DNA of 64,000 bases from Vicugna vicugna (taxonomy: Eukaryota). Every line of letters begins with the position of its first letter. Within the stretch, counting starts at the first letter, position 1. The position numbers and the translations under genes are program-made. Shown here piece after piece: positions 60,806 to 64,000 of this stretch. Where the stretch lies: the NCBI GenBank assembly GCA_013265495.1, contig MU058198.1, forward strand, positions 5,037,779 to 5,101,778. The letters run 5' to 3'. The notes under the pieces are model-generated. The model saw nothing but the letters and a program-made list of their open reading frames with translations. It was not told where the DNA came from and ran no database searches.

Positions 60806-61639
60806 CAGAAAGCCCTTGACCTTTAGTAAATATCAGTTCCTTCTTTCCCTTCTCGCTCTCTACCAACTAATCTCCAATTGCATCTTTCATAAGTGCACAA
60901 TTAGGTCTTTTCTCTGTGTTTTCTGGTAACCTGACCGCAGTTCGGTTGGGTCTCTGGCATCTACACGTATTGGCCCAAATGCAGAGCCAGGATGCAACTG
61001 CCTTCTCCTCCTCCTCCTCCATCCCCTGCTGTCATTGTTAAGCAAACAATTTCTTCCTCCAGACTTACCTCAATTGTGCAGGGATTTTTTTTTCCCCAAG
61101 CCTTTAATGTAGAATGTGCTGATTAATTGTTCTTTAAACACTGCAGGGGTTCCAGTTTCCACATTTGTTTATTTTGTGACACCTGGAAGAGCCAGGATAA
61201 TTACGAGTGTGCTGGCACCCCTCTCACAGGCCCCACTCGGTGCTGGAGGGCATGTAACTCCACCATTCAAGTCAGGGGCAGGCGTGATGCCGGCCATGCT
61301 GAGTGGGCACCTCTGAACGGCTCAGATCTATTGACTCAATGAATAGAATTTCAATCCCCTTGACTTGGTTCAAGCAAGCCCCATGCTGCCTTAGAGAGAA
61401 CATAATGAACCACCTCCTCGCTGGGGGCCCTTTCTTTCCCATTAAGGGACAAGCTGGTACTAAAATTGGGATTCAGCCAAACCAAGGCTTCCTAAGGGAA
61501 CCAAGGAATGCCTGTCCTTCTGCTGAGCCAACCCCAAACCCAGGACCTGCCTGCACCTCTGGGTCCCTCTCTCCTCTGACATCAAAGCCATCACCAGGCG
61601 CTCTGGTTTAAACCCTGAAAGAATTCAAATCTCTGCGCT

Positions 61640-63010
61640 CCTCACTATCTCTGCCGCCCTGGGCCAAGCTGATGACATCTCTTGCTTGGATTAGTGGCCC
61701 CGGCCGTCCCTACTTCAGTCCATTGCACACGGGTCCTGCCTCCGCCCCAGCCATTTTCCCCACAATGATGCTAAAGTGATGACTTAAAAATACAAAGGTG
61801 ACCCTCCTGCAATGCTGGTGGGAATGCAGTTTGGTGCAGCCACTGTGGAAAACAGTATGGAGATTCCTCAAAAGACTAGGAATAGACTTAACATATGACC
61901 CAGGAATCCCGCTTCTGGGCATATATCCAGAAGGAACCCTACTTCAAAAAAACACCTGCACCCCAATGTTCATAGCAGCACTATTTACAATAGCCAAGAC
62001 ATGGAGACAGCCTAAATGTCCATCAACAGATGACTGGATAAAGATGTGGTTTATTTATACAATGGAATACTATTCAGCCATGAAAATGACATGATGACAT
62101 TTGCAGCAACATGGATGCTCCTAGAGAATGTCATTCTAAGTGAAGTAAGCCAGAAAGAGAAAGAAAAATACCATTTGAGATCACTCATATGTGGAATCTA
62201 AAAAAAATAATAATAAATATAAAACAGAAACAGACTCATAGACATCGAATACAAACTTGTGGTTGCCAAGGGGGAGGGAGGTGGGAAGGAATAGACTGGG
62301 AGTTCAAAATTTGTAGATACTGACAGGCACATGCAGAATAGATAAACAAGCTTATACTGTATAGCACAGGGAAATGTATACAAGATCTTGTGGTAGCTCA
62401 CAGCGGAAAAAAACAATGTGACAGTGACTATATGTATGTTCATGTACAACTGAAAAATTGTGCCCTACACTGGAATTTGACACAACATTGTAAAATGACT
62501 AACTCAATAAAAAAAATTTTTTAAACACACAAAATGATTTGGATTATACCTCTCATATCCACCACTGCTTGAAACCCTGCAAGACTTTCCCATTTCTCTT
62601 CTGATAAGGATAAAATCCTTCGTGAGCATGGCCTGCTCCGAGGGCCTGAGAGATTCCGCACTGCCCTGTCTGCCCAGCCACCCCGGCTGGCTCTCCCCAC
62701 TCCGCCTGCCGGGCTCCCTCCGGCCACACCAGATGTGGAACACAAGCTCCTCTTCCTCAACTCAGTGCCCATCCTTCCGCTCTCAGCTCAGCTGCACCTC
62801 GTCTTCACGGAAGCCTTTCCTGTCCACCTGGCTCAGTCAGTCCCTCAATTACAGGCTTTTCCAGTTCCCCAGGCTTCATCTCTGCAGCCCTTGTCACTAT
62901 TACAGCTTACCATTTATTTAATTATTGGCTGTTATGTCTGTCTCTCTCATCAGACATACAGCTCGGAAAGGCAAGACCATATCCATTTTTGCTCATATTT
63001 GGCCCCATCA
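61640..63010 (+). mobile_element. L2, interrupted by young L1
   Basis: catctcttgcttggatt...aaagtgatgacttaaaaatacaaa before; ctgcttgaaaccctgcaag...ggataaaatcc after. Confidence 0.75.
61795..62522 (+). mobile_element. 5'-truncated camelid L1: ORF2 C-terminus, 3' UTR and poly(A)
   Basis: ORF 61798..62094 [20 protein letters not shown]...[12 protein letters not shown]...CTPMFIAALFTIAKTW.QPKCPS is the L1 ORF2p C-terminal region; AATAAA + A tail at ~62506. Confidence 0.95.
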
Positions 63011-63599
63011 CCTACCATCAGGGGAGAGCCCCAACCCTCCAGAGGACAGCAGCGGGTAACCCTGAGGGTTGATGTAGAGACTTCATAGATCAGAGTGCGA
63101 CTGTTCGTGACTCACAGCCCAGCAAACTGGGAGCGTCAAGATGGCACGCCAGTTCTTGCTCCTGAGTCCCTTGGGGAACGTCATAGCCCAAGTAAATACT
63201 GCCCTGCTTTTCTGCCCCCGAGGAACTCAGGGCCATGGGCCCAGCACCAAAAGAAGCAAGGATTACCGAGGCTGCCCCCTCCCCTGGGATGGAGCGGTAC
63301 TTGGTACCCACCATGGCTGCCTTGACCCCCTAAGTGGTGACCAGCTGTGGAAACAGCTCAGTGTCCGAGCAACACCAGCTCAGTCTTGTTTCTTTTGGCG
63401 CACTTAGCAAGTACGTGCAGGGTCACCTGGGGCCACGGCGGGCGGCCTCTCCCAGGACCTAGTGCAGTGCTCAGCACCAGCTCAGTGTTGACGAGCGATG
63501 TCCCGACCAGGTGAGCAGACCTTCCTTGGGGTGGCGGTGCACAGCACCTGTCACTGGGTAGGTGCTTAGCACGTGACGCCTGTCACTCAGAGCAGTTTT

Positions 63600-63935
63600 G
63601 TTTAGGGGATGAGTGTTTGGCTTCAAGCCAGAGGGCTGGAGTTCCACTTCCAGATCTGCCCTTTGCTAGCTGTGTGACCTTGAGCGAATTACCTACCCTC
63701 TCTGTATCACACCCTCTGCATCAGTTGTGACAATCACTGACCGCATTGGGGTGTACTGTGGTATAACCAATATAATGTGCTATCATGTAAGTGGTGGTAG
63801 TGATGGTAATGGTAGCAGCAGGAACAGTAACATCTATCCCAGCAGGTTAGGGTGAGGATAACATGAGTCAAGCCATGGGAAGTACTTCGTGCGGTTCCTG
63901 GCACATAGCAAATGCTAAATAAAAGTTAGCTAATA
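63600..63935 (+). mobile_element. MIR
   Basis: ctagctgtgtgaccttgagcgaattacctaccctctctg...cctggcacatagcaaatgctaaataaaagttagct. Confidence 0.8.
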
Positions 63936-64000
63936 AGCTGAAAGTTAGTGGCGGCTATTGGCTGTGCTGGCAGTTGGTTGGCTGTGGTGGTGCTGGGTTG

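Noticed and set aside
61798..62094. ORF with real protein homology
   Set aside because: 5'-truncated L1 ORF2 C-terminus with a premature stop; not a host gene
63380..63590. CpG-richer patch as a CpG-island promoter
   Set aside because: Too short and sparse, adjoins L2/MIR-like sequence, no downstream exon evident
1..64000. A novel multi-gene system or identification of the host gene
   Set aside because: No coding exons, operon-like structure or RNA genes recognised; the locus cannot be named without a database search

Overview
Mammalian non-coding genomic DNA, most likely camelid (camel/alpaca): two tRNA-Ala-derived Vic-1-type SINEs and camelid-type L1 3' ends are present. I recognise no host protein-coding exon, RNA gene or CRISPR array. 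The only ORFs with recognisable homology are retroelement fossils: the L1 ORF2 C-terminus at 61.8-62.1 kb and CR1/L3 ORF2 remnants at 4.8-5.0 kb and 50.4-50.7 kb. Most of the window is a dense, nested mosaic of ancient repeats (MIR, L2, L3/CR1, MLT1/LTR16 solo LTRs, hAT fossils MER5/MER20/MER58/MER102, old L1). Between them lie repeat-free islands rich in transcription-factor motifs that look like enhancers. LTR and L1 fragments lie mostly on the minus strand, suggesting an intron of a + strand transcript. Best leads: an RFX X-box pair plus a POU4F site (46.6-47.0 kb), a TEAD x3 / C/EBP / AP-1 cluster (26.0 kb), a SINE-L1 chimera inside one target-site duplication (55.7-55.9 kb) and a TSD-flanked internal L1 fragment with no 3' end (22.3-22.9 kb). 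I found no convincing evidence of a new biological system. Repeat family names come from my recollection of consensus sequences, and most boundaries are approximate (tens of bp) unless a TSD is quoted.
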